Origin: Nitrosotalea sp.
GTDB taxonomy: Archaea; Thermoproteota; Nitrososphaeria; Nitrososphaerales; Nitrosopumilaceae
DNA: 44,251 nucleotides
Assembly (NCBI GenBank): GCA_050749325.1
Contig: JBOGRA010000001.1
Span: 1 to 44,251 of the forward strand
Direction: 5' to 3'
Shown here: in pieces, positions 28,427 to 37,569 of the stretch
Layout: the number at the start of each line of letters is the position of its first letter
Numbering within the stretch: position 1 is the first letter of the stretch
Made by a program: the position numbers and the translations under genes
The notes under the pieces: generated by a model
What the model saw: only the letters and a program-made list of their open reading frames with translations
What the model was told of the DNA's origin: nothing
Databases searched by the model: none

Positions 28427-28510
28427 GTATTGGAAAATCTCCTCTATCCCCGATAAAAACCATGCTAAAATAATAATACTTTAAATCAGAATTCTGCTGT
28501 ACTTAGCGTA

Positions 28511-30145
28511 TTGACACAGGATCTTGAAAATCTTATTAATCGAAGTTACAACTCGGAGCCAAAATATACTGAAGTAATGGCAGGTGTTCCTGAGGATTAC
28601 AAACAGGTCAAGACATTAGGCGATCTCTTGCAAATTAATTACAAAATAGTAAGTGCTAAAGAACAACTACGAAGGAACTTGATTTCGAAGATCAAGACAA
28701 ATAATATCAAGTATCCGAGCATCATAGGATTTGACAATGACGTCATACCATCCCTTGATCGTGCAATACTGTCATGCCATGATGTAATATTGGTCGGCCA
28801 AATTGGCCAGGCCAAAACAAGGATTGCTCAAACAATCGCGGAAAACTTACTTTCACCAATGCCTGTGATAAGAGGAAGCATCACAAATGATTGTCCAATG
28901 GATCTACCATCTCATGAATTACTTTGTTTACTACAAGATAGGGAAAACACCATGTCAAGTCCTAGGTTTTATGTAGATTCTAATAGCATGGAAAAGATTC
29001 GTAATGATAAACTCGAAACACCAATAGAATGGCTATGGGGGAAAGACAGATTCAAATATGTTCTTGCAACACCTGACATTTCTGTAAAAGATCTAGTGGG
29101 ACAGATTGATGCAATAAAAATAACGAAAAAAGGAACAGAAATGTATGAAATTGAATCTTATTCTCCTGGACAACTAATGCAGGCAAAACATGGTTTATTT
29201 TGCATTGATGAACTTCCAGTACTTGATACACGAAAGCAAGTTTCTCTTCTTTCAGTATTACAAGAAGGACGATTTACTACAGGTGCATATCCAGTAATTT
29301 TTGAACCAAAAACTGCATTTTTTGCCACTGCAAATCCAATAGATTATACGCACGCCGGTAAAATAATCGAGCCTCTCTATGATAGATTAAAGAGTAACAT
29401 ACGTACACATTATCCAAAAACATTGGATCATGAAATGCTCATTATTGCTCAAGAATCTAAGATACCAAAATCATTCATTCCTGTCTTTATACTCAAAGTG
29501 TTGGCAAGAGTAGCACAAAATGCGCGTTCAAGTCATGAAATTAATCAGGATAAAGGTGTTAGTGTGAGAATGGGTGTTCACAGTCTTGAGCTATTGGTTG
29601 GTGAGGCGGAAAGAACCAGATCCTTATCTCATAATATATTGCCGATGCCTAGGCCAAGTGATGTCTTTTGTATGGAGCAGTGTGCCAAATTCGAACTTGC
29701 TGAATTGGATGACACTGCAGAAAATCGCCAAAAAACATTGAAGCATTTGATCGACACTGCAGTAAAGGATACTTCGCTTGAATATCTCAATGATGTTGAA
29801 CAGAGTATTTTTGAAACAATTAAAACGGAATTTGCAGGTAAAACCTTTGTAGTTTCCCAAGCAATTCTGGGCTCTAATAGTCTAGAAACTTCTTATGAAA
29901 ATCAACTCCAAAATTTTAAATCTCTATCAGTCTTGGTGGATAAAATTTACCAAAACGTATTATCTGAACAAAGTGAATTTGTAAATCAAGCCAAAAAATA
30001 CAATGTGAACCAAGATTTTCTAGTGTTTTCTGAAGTTGTACGTCATGAGCTTAGGTCTGCAATTTTGGAATTAACACTAGACGGGCTTTGCTATGTGGAA
30101 CCTAAGATTTTGGATAAGAAAGAAGGCATATACATTGCAGCATAA
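28511..30145 (+). CDS. AAA+ ATPase, Mg-chelatase I/MoxR-like
   Basis: Walker A variant GQIGQAKT, ATPDISVKDLVG, Walker B FCIDELP, ATANPIDY, DRL, GVSVR. Confidence 0.85.
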   Translation: MTQDLENLINRSYNSEPKYTEVMAGVPEDYKQVKTLGDLLQINYKIVSAKEQLRRNLISKIKTNNIKYPSIIGFDNDVIPSLDRAILSCHDVILVGQIGQAKTRIAQTIAENLLSPMPVIRGSITNDCPMDLPSHELLCLLQDRENTMSSPRFYVDSNSMEKIRNDKLETPIEWLWGKDRFKYVLATPDISVKDLVGQIDAIKITKKGTEMYEIESYSPGQLMQAKHGLFCIDELPVLDTRKQVSLLSVLQEGRFTTGAYPVIFEPKTAFFATANPIDYTHAGKIIEPLYDRLKSNIRTHYPKTLDHEMLIIAQESKIPKSFIPVFILKVLARVAQNARSSHEINQDKGVSVRMGVHSLELLVGEAERTRSLSHNILPMPRPSDVFCMEQCAKFELAELDDTAENRQKTLKHLIDTAVKDTSLEYLNDVEQSIFETIKTEFAGKTFVVSQAILGSNSLETSYENQLQNFKSLSVLVDKIYQNVLSEQSEFVNQAKKYNVNQDFLVFSEVVRHELRSAILELTLDGLCYVEPKILDKKEGIYIAA

Positions 30146-30146
30146 C

Positions 30147-31475
30147 ATGGTAAACTTCCTCTATTTTCTAAATGAAAAGAAAAATTCGAAAGGCTCTGAT
30201 TCAGATGTATCAAACGAACAACTCATGAAAATTCTAAAGACAATGGCAAAACAGGTGATAAAAGAGAATACGCCTTCTGTACAAGATTTGGAGAGAATAC
30301 TTCAGGGAATTACACAGGAACAGTCATCACAATCTGAAATGGATGAAGAATCTAAAAATGAGCTAGACATTCATGGCAACAATGAACCAATAACAAAATA
30401 CCTACAGAAAAAAGGTTACCTAAAAGATGATAAAAGATGGCTTACCAACAAAGGATTTTTTGAAATTGGTCAGAGAATGCTTGAGGATATAATAAAAGCA
30501 ATAAACGAAGGAGGATTTGGACTTCATGAAACAAAAAACATGGGATCTGGTAGTACAATATTGGATACTACAAAAAAACTTGAGATAGGAGATGATATCA
30601 AAAATCTAGACATACCAAAGACGATATTAAATTCTGTACAAAGATCCCGGCGTAAACGATCAACAGTGGGACTGCCGATTCAATTAGAATTTGAAGACTT
30701 TGAAAAATTTGAAACAAGAGAAGAAGTAAAGGTTGCAGTTGTCTACTGCATTGATCTGAGCTCCACAATGAAATACTCTCTTGGTTCTGGTGAAGGAAGT
30801 AGGATAGAAGCTGCAAAGAAAGCTCTATGGGCACTGTATGTCTTAAATAAGAAATTCTTTCCAAATGACTCTATCTACGTTGTAGGCTTTGGTTCTTTGG
30901 CGTCAGAAATCAAACCGCGTGATATATCATACCTTAAGACTTTTGATGCAAATGATAATTTTTTACACTATACAAATTACCAAGCAGCGTTTCGGCTCTC
31001 TCTGAAGATTCTAAAAAAAGATGGCTCCCACAATAAACGTATAGTCATGATTACCGATGGTCAACCATCTGCATGTTTTGTAGACGACGAATCTCAAAAA
31101 AATGCAATCTTGTCGGACAAACCATATTCGCATTTCTACAAACCAGATGATGTAACTCTTACCAAAATGAAAAATGAGCGAGAAATAAAACTAGATGTTG
31201 GAAATGAAATGGTATACCTTTGTTATAGGTACAAACAAGTCGATTCTGCTATTGACGCTAAAACATTACAGGAGGCAAAAAAATGTACGCGTGAGGGAAT
31301 TGAGATTGATACAATCATGGTAAGTGAAGAGGAAGAGCTACTAAGCTATGTTGAAAATCTAGAAAAGCACCTAAAAGGAAGAGCTTACTACATTAATCCT
31401 GAAAAAATTGATAAAATTCTAATAAGCGATTTCATTTCAAACAAGAAAAGGATACTTGGCTTAAAACATGGTTAG
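30147..31475 (+). CDS. VWA domain protein
   Basis: MIDAS DLSSTM, TN, MITDGQPS; ATG 30147 lies 1 nt after the ATPase stop. Confidence 0.87.
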   Translation: MVNFLYFLNEKKNSKGSDSDVSNEQLMKILKTMAKQVIKENTPSVQDLERILQGITQEQSSQSEMDEESKNELDIHGNNEPITKYLQKKGYLKDDKRWLTNKGFFEIGQRMLEDIIKAINEGGFGLHETKNMGSGSTILDTTKKLEIGDDIKNLDIPKTILNSVQRSRRKRSTVGLPIQLEFEDFEKFETREEVKVAVVYCIDLSSTMKYSLGSGEGSRIEAAKKALWALYVLNKKFFPNDSIYVVGFGSLASEIKPRDISYLKTFDANDNFLHYTNYQAAFRLSLKILKKDGSHNKRIVMITDGQPSACFVDDESQKNAILSDKPYSHFYKPDDVTLTKMKNEREIKLDVGNEMVYLCYRYKQVDSAIDAKTLQEAKKCTREGIEIDTIMVSEEEELLSYVENLEKHLKGRAYYINPEKIDKILISDFISNKKRILGLKHG

Positions 31476-31480
31476 TAAAT

Positions 31481-31792
31481 ATGAACGAAGATTTTGATAA
31501 ACGACAAATGATGGACATGCTTGTAGATCCTAACGTTTCCGTAATTTTATCTGAACTGGAGAATGGTGAAAAGAATTCAATCTATCTTGCTGAAAAATTG
31601 CTAATATCGGAAAATGAGATAAAATCCAGACTGTCATATGTTACTAAACATGGATTTGTTATTGTGCGACAGGATGGAAAAAATACAAATTTTAGCGTAG
31701 ATAGGGATAAACTCAATAAAATCATGGAAACAGATGAAAACTTTGCTAGTGTGGTTGATGGATTGACCAATCTAGACCAATTCCTAAATTAG
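31481..31792 (+). CDS. Winged helix-turn-helix (ArsR-like) protein
   Basis: ILSELENGEK...LAEKLLISENEIKSRLSYV...GFV plus beta-wing pattern. Confidence 0.7.
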   Translation: MNEDFDKRQMMDMLVDPNVSVILSELENGEKNSIYLAEKLLISENEIKSRLSYVTKHGFVIVRQDGKNTNFSVDRDKLNKIMETDENFASVVDGLTNLDQFLN

Positions 31793-31904
31793 ATCATCAT
31801 TGATTATTTCTTCTTGCATCGTGTGTCTTAGCACCTAAAATCTCATAACGTGGTGTTCCAGTGTCATTCTTCATCGGTTCGTATTTCTTTTTTGTTCTTT
31901 TTAT

Positions 31905-32432
31905 TCACTCTGTATACCCTTTTTTGTCCTTGTTGTAATTGCCTCGATTTTTTATAAAATACATCATGCCTATAGCAAGGCCACTTAGGCCGACTATTAA
32001 AATTATGATGCTTAATACATCAAGCAGGGTTGCACCTTGCGGATAATACCCGATAATCCCAAGCACTTGTACATCTGTCTGGACTGTGTTATGCATCTTC
32101 AATTCATAGGTACCTGTTGAAGAAATTGTAAAATTTTCCTGAACCGGGCTTTTCGTCATTGATTTTGTAGTGATAACGTTTCCGTTCGGATCAATAACAC
32201 TGATGCCAAGATTATTACCATCTTTAAAATCTGATATCTGAACTGAATAAACTCCATCTTTACTCTTCATCGGGTCTAAACTCTTGCTAACATTCATCGA
32301 TGAACCTGCGGTTAGACTTTGTTGTACGCTAGCCAGACTGTCCATTTCAGATTCAGTTTGGAGAAATGAAATCCCTATGCCACTTATTACAAGAACTCCG
32401 CTAATTATCAGGATAGTCTTTGGGTTTACCAT
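31905..32432 (-). CDS. Membrane protein with two TM segments flanking a beta-rich domain
   Basis: Hydrophobic N- and C-terminal helices; VIDPNG and TGTYELKM beta-sandwich-like motifs. Confidence 0.75.
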   Translation of the reverse strand: MVNPKTILIISGVLVISGIGISFLQTESEMDSLASVQQSLTAGSSMNVSKSLDPMKSKDGVYSVQISDFKDGNNLGISVIDPNGNVITTKSMTKSPVQENFTISSTGTYELKMHNTVQTDVQVLGIIGYYPQGATLLDVLSIIILIVGLSGLAIGMMYFIKNRGNYNKDKKGYTE

Positions 32433-32558
32433 GTTTGGGCTCCACGAGGCCTTAGTTAAAACTTAGCTATTTCTTAATTTCGTGATTTATTTTAAAGGTC
32501 ATTATAATATGTATGAATTATTAGACAAGGTTAATTCCAAGAATGGTTTCACTGTATT

Positions 32559-35500
32559 GTGTTGTTGTACAAAACATGGGCTCTTGTCTTGGTTGTACTG
32601 ATTATTTTTCCATCTGTGTTATCATATGATGTGAAAGGCTACTCAGATCACCCAAATCTATTCGTATCCGCAGAAAATAGCGTTTTTCAAAATCATTTCT
32701 CCGGTGCAATGGTAGTTGAAGTAATAGTCAAAGGAGATAATATACAATTGAATCAAGCTCAAGGAGAACCGAACGTAAATGTAGATGGAAGACAACTTCG
32801 TATGGTTCAAGGATCAGATGGCTATTGGTATGCATTTTTTGCCAGTACTGATGCAGCTAAACAGGCAGATCAAATAGCATTGGGTGGTGCATCGGGACAA
32901 AATATAGATTTTGGAGTGTTCTGCTCAGGCTCCACTCCTTCATCTGTACTGGGGGTTGACTTTTCACAAACTGATGGCGTTGCAATTCCAGACTCTAGTG
33001 GTCTTTCAGGTACCACTAAAGGACTTGCATCATTTAACTCATGTAGCGGTACTCCGCAAGCACCATCTGTTAATCAGAATAACGTAGTTAGAAATCCTCC
33101 TTCTTTGAATACAAACCCCAATGTAAGTGCAGGCCAAATTGGAATTAATCCAAATATATGGCCAGTCATTCAACTTTTCTCATTTAGTAATGATGTTAAT
33201 GTAGAATACGATGCTGCCACAGGAACGCAAAGTGTTGATCTTACGTACTTTGAAATTCCAAATATTTCAATAACCCTTGATAGAAATGCATATTCTACAG
33301 ACTCTGAAGTTTTTGCAACAATAAATGATATTCAATTAGATGAGGATCCAACTGCAATAGATTCGTGGACATTTAATGTCAATAATCCTACAGCAACTTT
33401 CTATCAAGCATTTTCAGAATCTGGTGCAAGTAACATCTCTGGACTTGTAAATCTTGTACCATATCTTAGTAGCTTAGGTTTTCAGAACAATGGAGAGGTA
33501 GGAATGAATCTTGGTAGTGTTGTTAACCTGAAGACAAATGGCCTTCAAACCAGTTCGTCAATAACTGCAAATGGGGTAACTTACAACCAATTAGTAACAT
33601 TTGTAGAAACTGGCCCAAACACTGGAGTTTTTGAGAGTGATTACAATAGTATTTCTACAATTGGCATTTTGCAGAACGCTCCTAGAGGACAATCAGGCAG
33701 TATAGAATATGATCAACAATCAACATCTATAGTTTCTGGCATCACACCTACCGCTGGTCTTACTCTTGGTTCTGGTCAAAGTCAATTTGGACCTGGACAA
33801 AGGCAAACCATTACGCTGTCTGATAGTAACCAGGTTTTAAACTCAGGAATTATTGAGAATCTTGATGACTATAGAAGCTCAGCTGTAATTCCCACATTAA
33901 AGATTGGAAGCCCAGTAACATTGATTGGTGCTTCTGATGTGAATTTTTATCCGAATCCAAACAGTCTTTCAAACTCCATCTCTGTTTCTTCTAGTGTTCC
34001 TGACGCAAACTCTGCTAGATTAATGGTAGACGCCAGATCTACACCGTCTACTAATTTTTATGAGATTACCTTGAATCTTGGAATTACTACTGCTACTCTA
34101 AAAAATTTATTCATAGATGTCAGTCAACCTAATTCTGGCGGAACAAACTGGGTTAATTATGATTTAAGATCGTTTCAACAACAGCTAGGAATTAATTCCT
34201 TCTCAGATGCTAGCATGACTCTTCATTTTGGTAGTGCGTCTAGTAGTTCATCTGTTCAAATCCTTTCCCCTGGCGCCATTTCTTCTGGAAATGGCCTTGT
34301 TCAAATAAGTGACTCTGCAGTAGCTTCAATCGAATCTCAATCTTCATCATCTCCAGTATATCTAGAAATTAATTTTGGTAGCTCAGGCGGTAGTATTTCG
34401 CATGAAACTGATGTGCAACCAATCGTTTTTGATCTATTTTCTTTCGGTATGCAAAATAGTCAAACAGTGAACAATGCTGTATATCGTGCTGAACTTCAAG
34501 AAACAGCTGCCGGCTCAGGTATTTTTACTGGTACAATTTCATATGTAGTAGTAAACCAATTAAACCAATTTGATCCAAATTTGATAAAAAGTCTACAGAC
34601 ATTTGGTAGTAACATCGTATTTCTTGTAAGTGGTCAAATGGTAGATCAAAATGGAATCAACTTTTCTATTTCAGGTTCTTCATCGGCTGGCCAACAAACT
34701 ACTGTTACCTCGAAAAATAATCTTCCAACACATACCGGGGTAGTGACGCTTGATTCAGCAAATTATGGAATAGGCTCGCCAATCACAATAACATTATACG
34801 ATCCAGATCTTGTATCTGATGGTAGTACTATCCAATCGTTTACAACTGTAAGTGATCCAAATTCTTCTGCAGTGGATACGGTAGGAGATGCCAGTGGAAA
34901 TGTACTCCTTGAGGTATGGATAAAGGGCTTTAGATTTCATCAATGTACGATAAATGGAGTATTTCATGGGGGACTTGCCGCTTCGGGTTTTACACTTACT
35001 GAAACTGCTCCCGGTTCGGGAATATTCAAAGGAGTATTCAAGATGCCATCTTGGATATGTAGCGAAGATGGAACTACCTTGATATCACCTGTTGGAGGAT
35101 CAGTACAAGCTTGGTACCATGATTATATGGATGCCCTAGGCAGATCTGTCATAATAGGCTCAACAGTCGCTTCGTCTTCACAAACATATTCATCATCCAC
35201 TCAGACATCCCAACCATCCACTCAAACGTATCAATCTAGTGTTCCGCAAGAAGAATATCTTCCAAAAATTAGTCAATCTGCACAAATTAGCGACATAAAT
35301 GGACTCCCTCTGTTACAAAGTCCTAAGGTTGGTCAGACAATAACTTTCAAGGATATTATTTCAAATGGCGATTATCAAAATGGCCAGAAAATTTCATACA
35401 TTGTTCAAGTAAAAGATAGTCAAGGCGAAGTTGTGTACTTGAAATGGATTAATGACACGGTAAATCCATCAAATGAAGTAAATGAACAAATTCAATGGAC

Positions 35501-35612
35501 TCCCACTATTCTAGGAAAATATTCTGCTGAAGTATATGTATGGGATGGAATGGATTCTCTAATTCCCCTAACTGAGAAAAATGGATACCAATTCCAAGTT
35601 TTGCCTCAATAG
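32559..35612 (+). CDS. Large secreted S-layer-like / Ig-repeat surface protein
   Basis: Signal peptide; Ser/Gly/Asn/Thr-rich; repeated ETGPNTGVF/ETAAGSGIF/ETAPGSGIF; Ser/Thr linker; C-terminal YIVQVKD...WTP...Y.AEVYVWD domain resembling thaumarchaeal S-layer proteins. Confidence 0.75.
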   Translation: MLLYKTWALVLVVLIIFPSVLSYDVKGYSDHPNLFVSAENSVFQNHFSGAMVVEVIVKGDNIQLNQAQGEPNVNVDGRQLRMVQGSDGYWYAFFASTDAAKQADQIALGGASGQNIDFGVFCSGSTPSSVLGVDFSQTDGVAIPDSSGLSGTTKGLASFNSCSGTPQAPSVNQNNVVRNPPSLNTNPNVSAGQIGINPNIWPVIQLFSFSNDVNVEYDAATGTQSVDLTYFEIPNISITLDRNAYSTDSEVFATINDIQLDEDPTAIDSWTFNVNNPTATFYQAFSESGASNISGLVNLVPYLSSLGFQNNGEVGMNLGSVVNLKTNGLQTSSSITANGVTYNQLVTFVETGPNTGVFESDYNSISTIGILQNAPRGQSGSIEYDQQSTSIVSGITPTAGLTLGSGQSQFGPGQRQTITLSDSNQVLNSGIIENLDDYRSSAVIPTLKIGSPVTLIGASDVNFYPNPNSLSNSISVSSSVPDANSARLMVDARSTPSTNFYEITLNLGITTATLKNLFIDVSQPNSGGTNWVNYDLRSFQQQLGINSFSDASMTLHFGSASSSSSVQILSPGAISSGNGLVQISDSAVASIESQSSSSPVYLEINFGSSGGSISHETDVQPIVFDLFSFGMQNSQTVNNAVYRAELQETAAGSGIFTGTISYVVVNQLNQFDPNLIKSLQTFGSNIVFLVSGQMVDQNGINFSISGSSSAGQQTTVTSKNNLPTHTGVVTLDSANYGIGSPITITLYDPDLVSDGSTIQSFTTVSDPNSSAVDTVGDASGNVLLEVWIKGFRFHQCTINGVFHGGLAASGFTLTETAPGSGIFKGVFKMPSWICSEDGTTLISPVGGSVQAWYHDYMDALGRSVIIGSTVASSSQTYSSSTQTSQPSTQTYQSSVPQEEYLPKISQSAQISDINGLPLLQSPKVGQTITFKDIISNGDYQNGQKISYIVQVKDSQGEVVYLKWINDTVNPSNEVNEQIQWTPTILGKYSAEVYVWDGMDSLIPLTEKNGYQFQVLPQ

Positions 35613-35614
35613 AT

Positions 35615-36772
35615 CTAGAAATTGTACTTGTTCTTGTAGGGGGAAACAGCACGTAGCTCTTGTACTACTTTCTTTAGTATTCTTACAGTCTCATCTATCT
35701 CTTCTTCAGTATTAGTAATTCCCACAGTCAAACGTAGAGACCCAGTTATCTGTTCATGTGAAAAGCCCATTGCCCTAAGTACATGTGACGATTTCTGTAC
35801 TCGTACAGAGCATGCCGAGCCTGTAGAAGCGGCAATTCTATTCTCATCAAGCTTAATGATGAGATCCTCACCATTTACGCCAAGAAATGTAAAGTGAGCA
35901 TTATTGGGAATTCTTTTTTCTACATGTCCATTAAGATTGGTTCCTGATATTTCGGATAGAGTCTTTGTGATCAGTTGAGAAGTGAGGTCCTTGAAATAAG
36001 ATGTGTTTTGGCACATGTTATCTTTTGCTAACTTGCAAGCCATGCCAAAACCTGCTATGCTTGCAACATTTTCAGTTCCTGATCTTAATCCATTTTCTTG
36101 TCCTCCGCCTAGTATGAGGGGTGATATCGTGATTCCTTTTCTAATATATAGTGCACCTACTCCTTTAGGACCGTTTATTTTATGTGAAGAGATGGAAAGC
36201 AAGTCAACTCCTAATTCTTTGACATCAATTGGAACTTTGCCTACAGCTTGAACCGCATCTGTGTGAAAAGTTATGTTATTGTCATGCGCTATCCCAGCAA
36301 TTTCTTTTATTGGTTGAATGGTTCCAACTTCATTATTTGCAAACATTATTGTAATAAGGCATGTATCTTGTGAGATTTCTTTTCTAACGTCATCTGCATT
36401 TACAAGACCATGTCCATCAACTGGAAGATATGATACTCTGTATCCTTCTCTCTCAAGACGTTTGCAGGGCTCAAGTATTGCATCATGTTCGATAGAAGAT
36501 GTTATGATGTGTTTGCCTTTACTCTGAAAAACTATGCCATAAATTGCAGTGTTGTTTGATTCAGTGCCTCCTGATGTCAGAAGAATTTCTTTGCTGTCGG
36601 CATTGATCAAATCAGATATTCTCTTTCTAGCATTTTGGATTGCTACGTTGGCAGCCCTACCAAACTTATGTATGGAAGACGGATTTCCATATTGTTCTTT
36701 AAAGTAGGGAATCATCTCATCTACTACTTTTTGATGAACAGGAGTAGACGCCGCATTATCTAGATAGATCAA
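35615..36772 (-). CDS. iscS: Cysteine desulfurase (IscS/NifS, group I)
   Basis: YLDNAAST, GNPSS, HTDAVQ, SSHKINGPKG, STGSACS. Confidence 0.95.
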   Translation of the reverse strand: MIYLDNAASTPVHQKVVDEMIPYFKEQYGNPSSIHKFGRAANVAIQNARKRISDLINADSKEILLTSGGTESNNTAIYGIVFQSKGKHIITSSIEHDAILEPCKRLEREGYRVSYLPVDGHGLVNADDVRKEISQDTCLITIMFANNEVGTIQPIKEIAGIAHDNNITFHTDAVQAVGKVPIDVKELGVDLLSISSHKINGPKGVGALYIRKGITISPLILGGGQENGLRSGTENVASIAGFGMACKLAKDNMCQNTSYFKDLTSQLITKTLSEISGTNLNGHVEKRIPNNAHFTFLGVNGEDLIIKLDENRIAASTGSACSVRVQKSSHVLRAMGFSHEQITGSLRLTVGITNTEEEIDETVRILKKVVQELRAVSPYKNKYNF

Positions 36773-37569
36773 TCTACTATCACATTGAGTTTGCCTGGTC
36801 TATATCCATCCCGGTCTATCAATATGGATTCAAACCCAACTTCTTTGAGACACTCATTTAATATTGAAACCTTTTGCAAATCTGAAAGCAGATGAATCTC
36901 ATTCTGTCCTACCTCTATTCTTGCTTCTTTACCTAAATCACGCACTCTTACCTGTTTTACCCCAAAAAGTTGTTTGATCATATTTTCGCTTTTTTCAATC
37001 CGTATTAATTTTTCTGCGGTAACTCTGTGACCCCAGGGAATACGAGATGCAAGACATGAATTTGAAGGCTTGTCATAAACTGAAAGTCCTGCTTCTCTTG
37101 AAACATTTCTTATCTCTGTTTTCGTAAATCCTATTTCTACAAGTGGGCTTTTAACCCCCCTTTCTCGCAATGCAGCTATACCAGGCCGATATTCTCCGAG
37201 GTCATCAAGGTTGGTACCATCAACTATTACACCAGCTTCCTCATTCTCAGCTATTTCTGTTAAATGTGTTACTAGTTGCGTTCTACAATGAAAACATCGA
37301 TTCTTATCATTTTTAACAAAGTCTGGATTATCAAGCTCGCTGTATTCTATTATGATGTGTCTTATTCCTATCTCGGAGCAAATCTTCTTTGCTGATTCTA
37401 ATTCCTCATGTGAAAGAGTTTTGTAATCTGCAGTAACAGCTACTGAAAGATTTCCAAGTGATTTGTATGAGGCATAGGCTACAAGTGCACTATCAACACC
37501 GCCAGACAGAGCTACCAAAATCTTCCCCTTCCCATCAAACCACTTGAGTAACTGTTCTAATTTGTTCAT
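36769..37569 (-). CDS. larE: ATP-dependent sulfur transferase LarE
   Basis: PP-loop SGGVDS, RCFHCR, DGTNLDD..YRPG, KPSNSCLASRIP, VRVR. Confidence 0.93.
   Translation of the reverse strand: MNKLEQLLKWFDGKGKILVALSGGVDSALVAYASYKSLGNLSVAVTADYKTLSHEELESAKKICSEIGIRHIIIEYSELDNPDFVKNDKNRCFHCRTQLVTHLTEIAENEEAGVIVDGTNLDDLGEYRPGIAALRERGVKSPLVEIGFTKTEIRNVSREAGLSVYDKPSNSCLASRIPWGHRVTAEKLIRIEKSENMIKQLFGVKQVRVRDLGKEARIEVGQNEIHLLSDLQKVSILNECLKEVGFESILIDRDGYRPGKLNVIVD

Noticed and set aside
30093..30146. Upstream ATG for the VWA gene
   Set aside because: It overlaps the ATPase 3' end; ATG 30147 directly follows the ATPase stop
28511..31475. Calling the AAA+/VWA pair a magnesium or cobalt chelatase because cobT is nearby
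   Set aside because: No large chelatase subunit is in the window, the Walker A differs from ChlI, and rps13, rps4 and glmS separate it from cobT
31797..31907. 35 open codons in frame after the TGA of the 175-aa membrane protein (possible read-through or Sec)
   Set aside because: No redox-motif context or evident SECIS, the protein already ends in a normal basic tail, and an open run this long is plausible by chance
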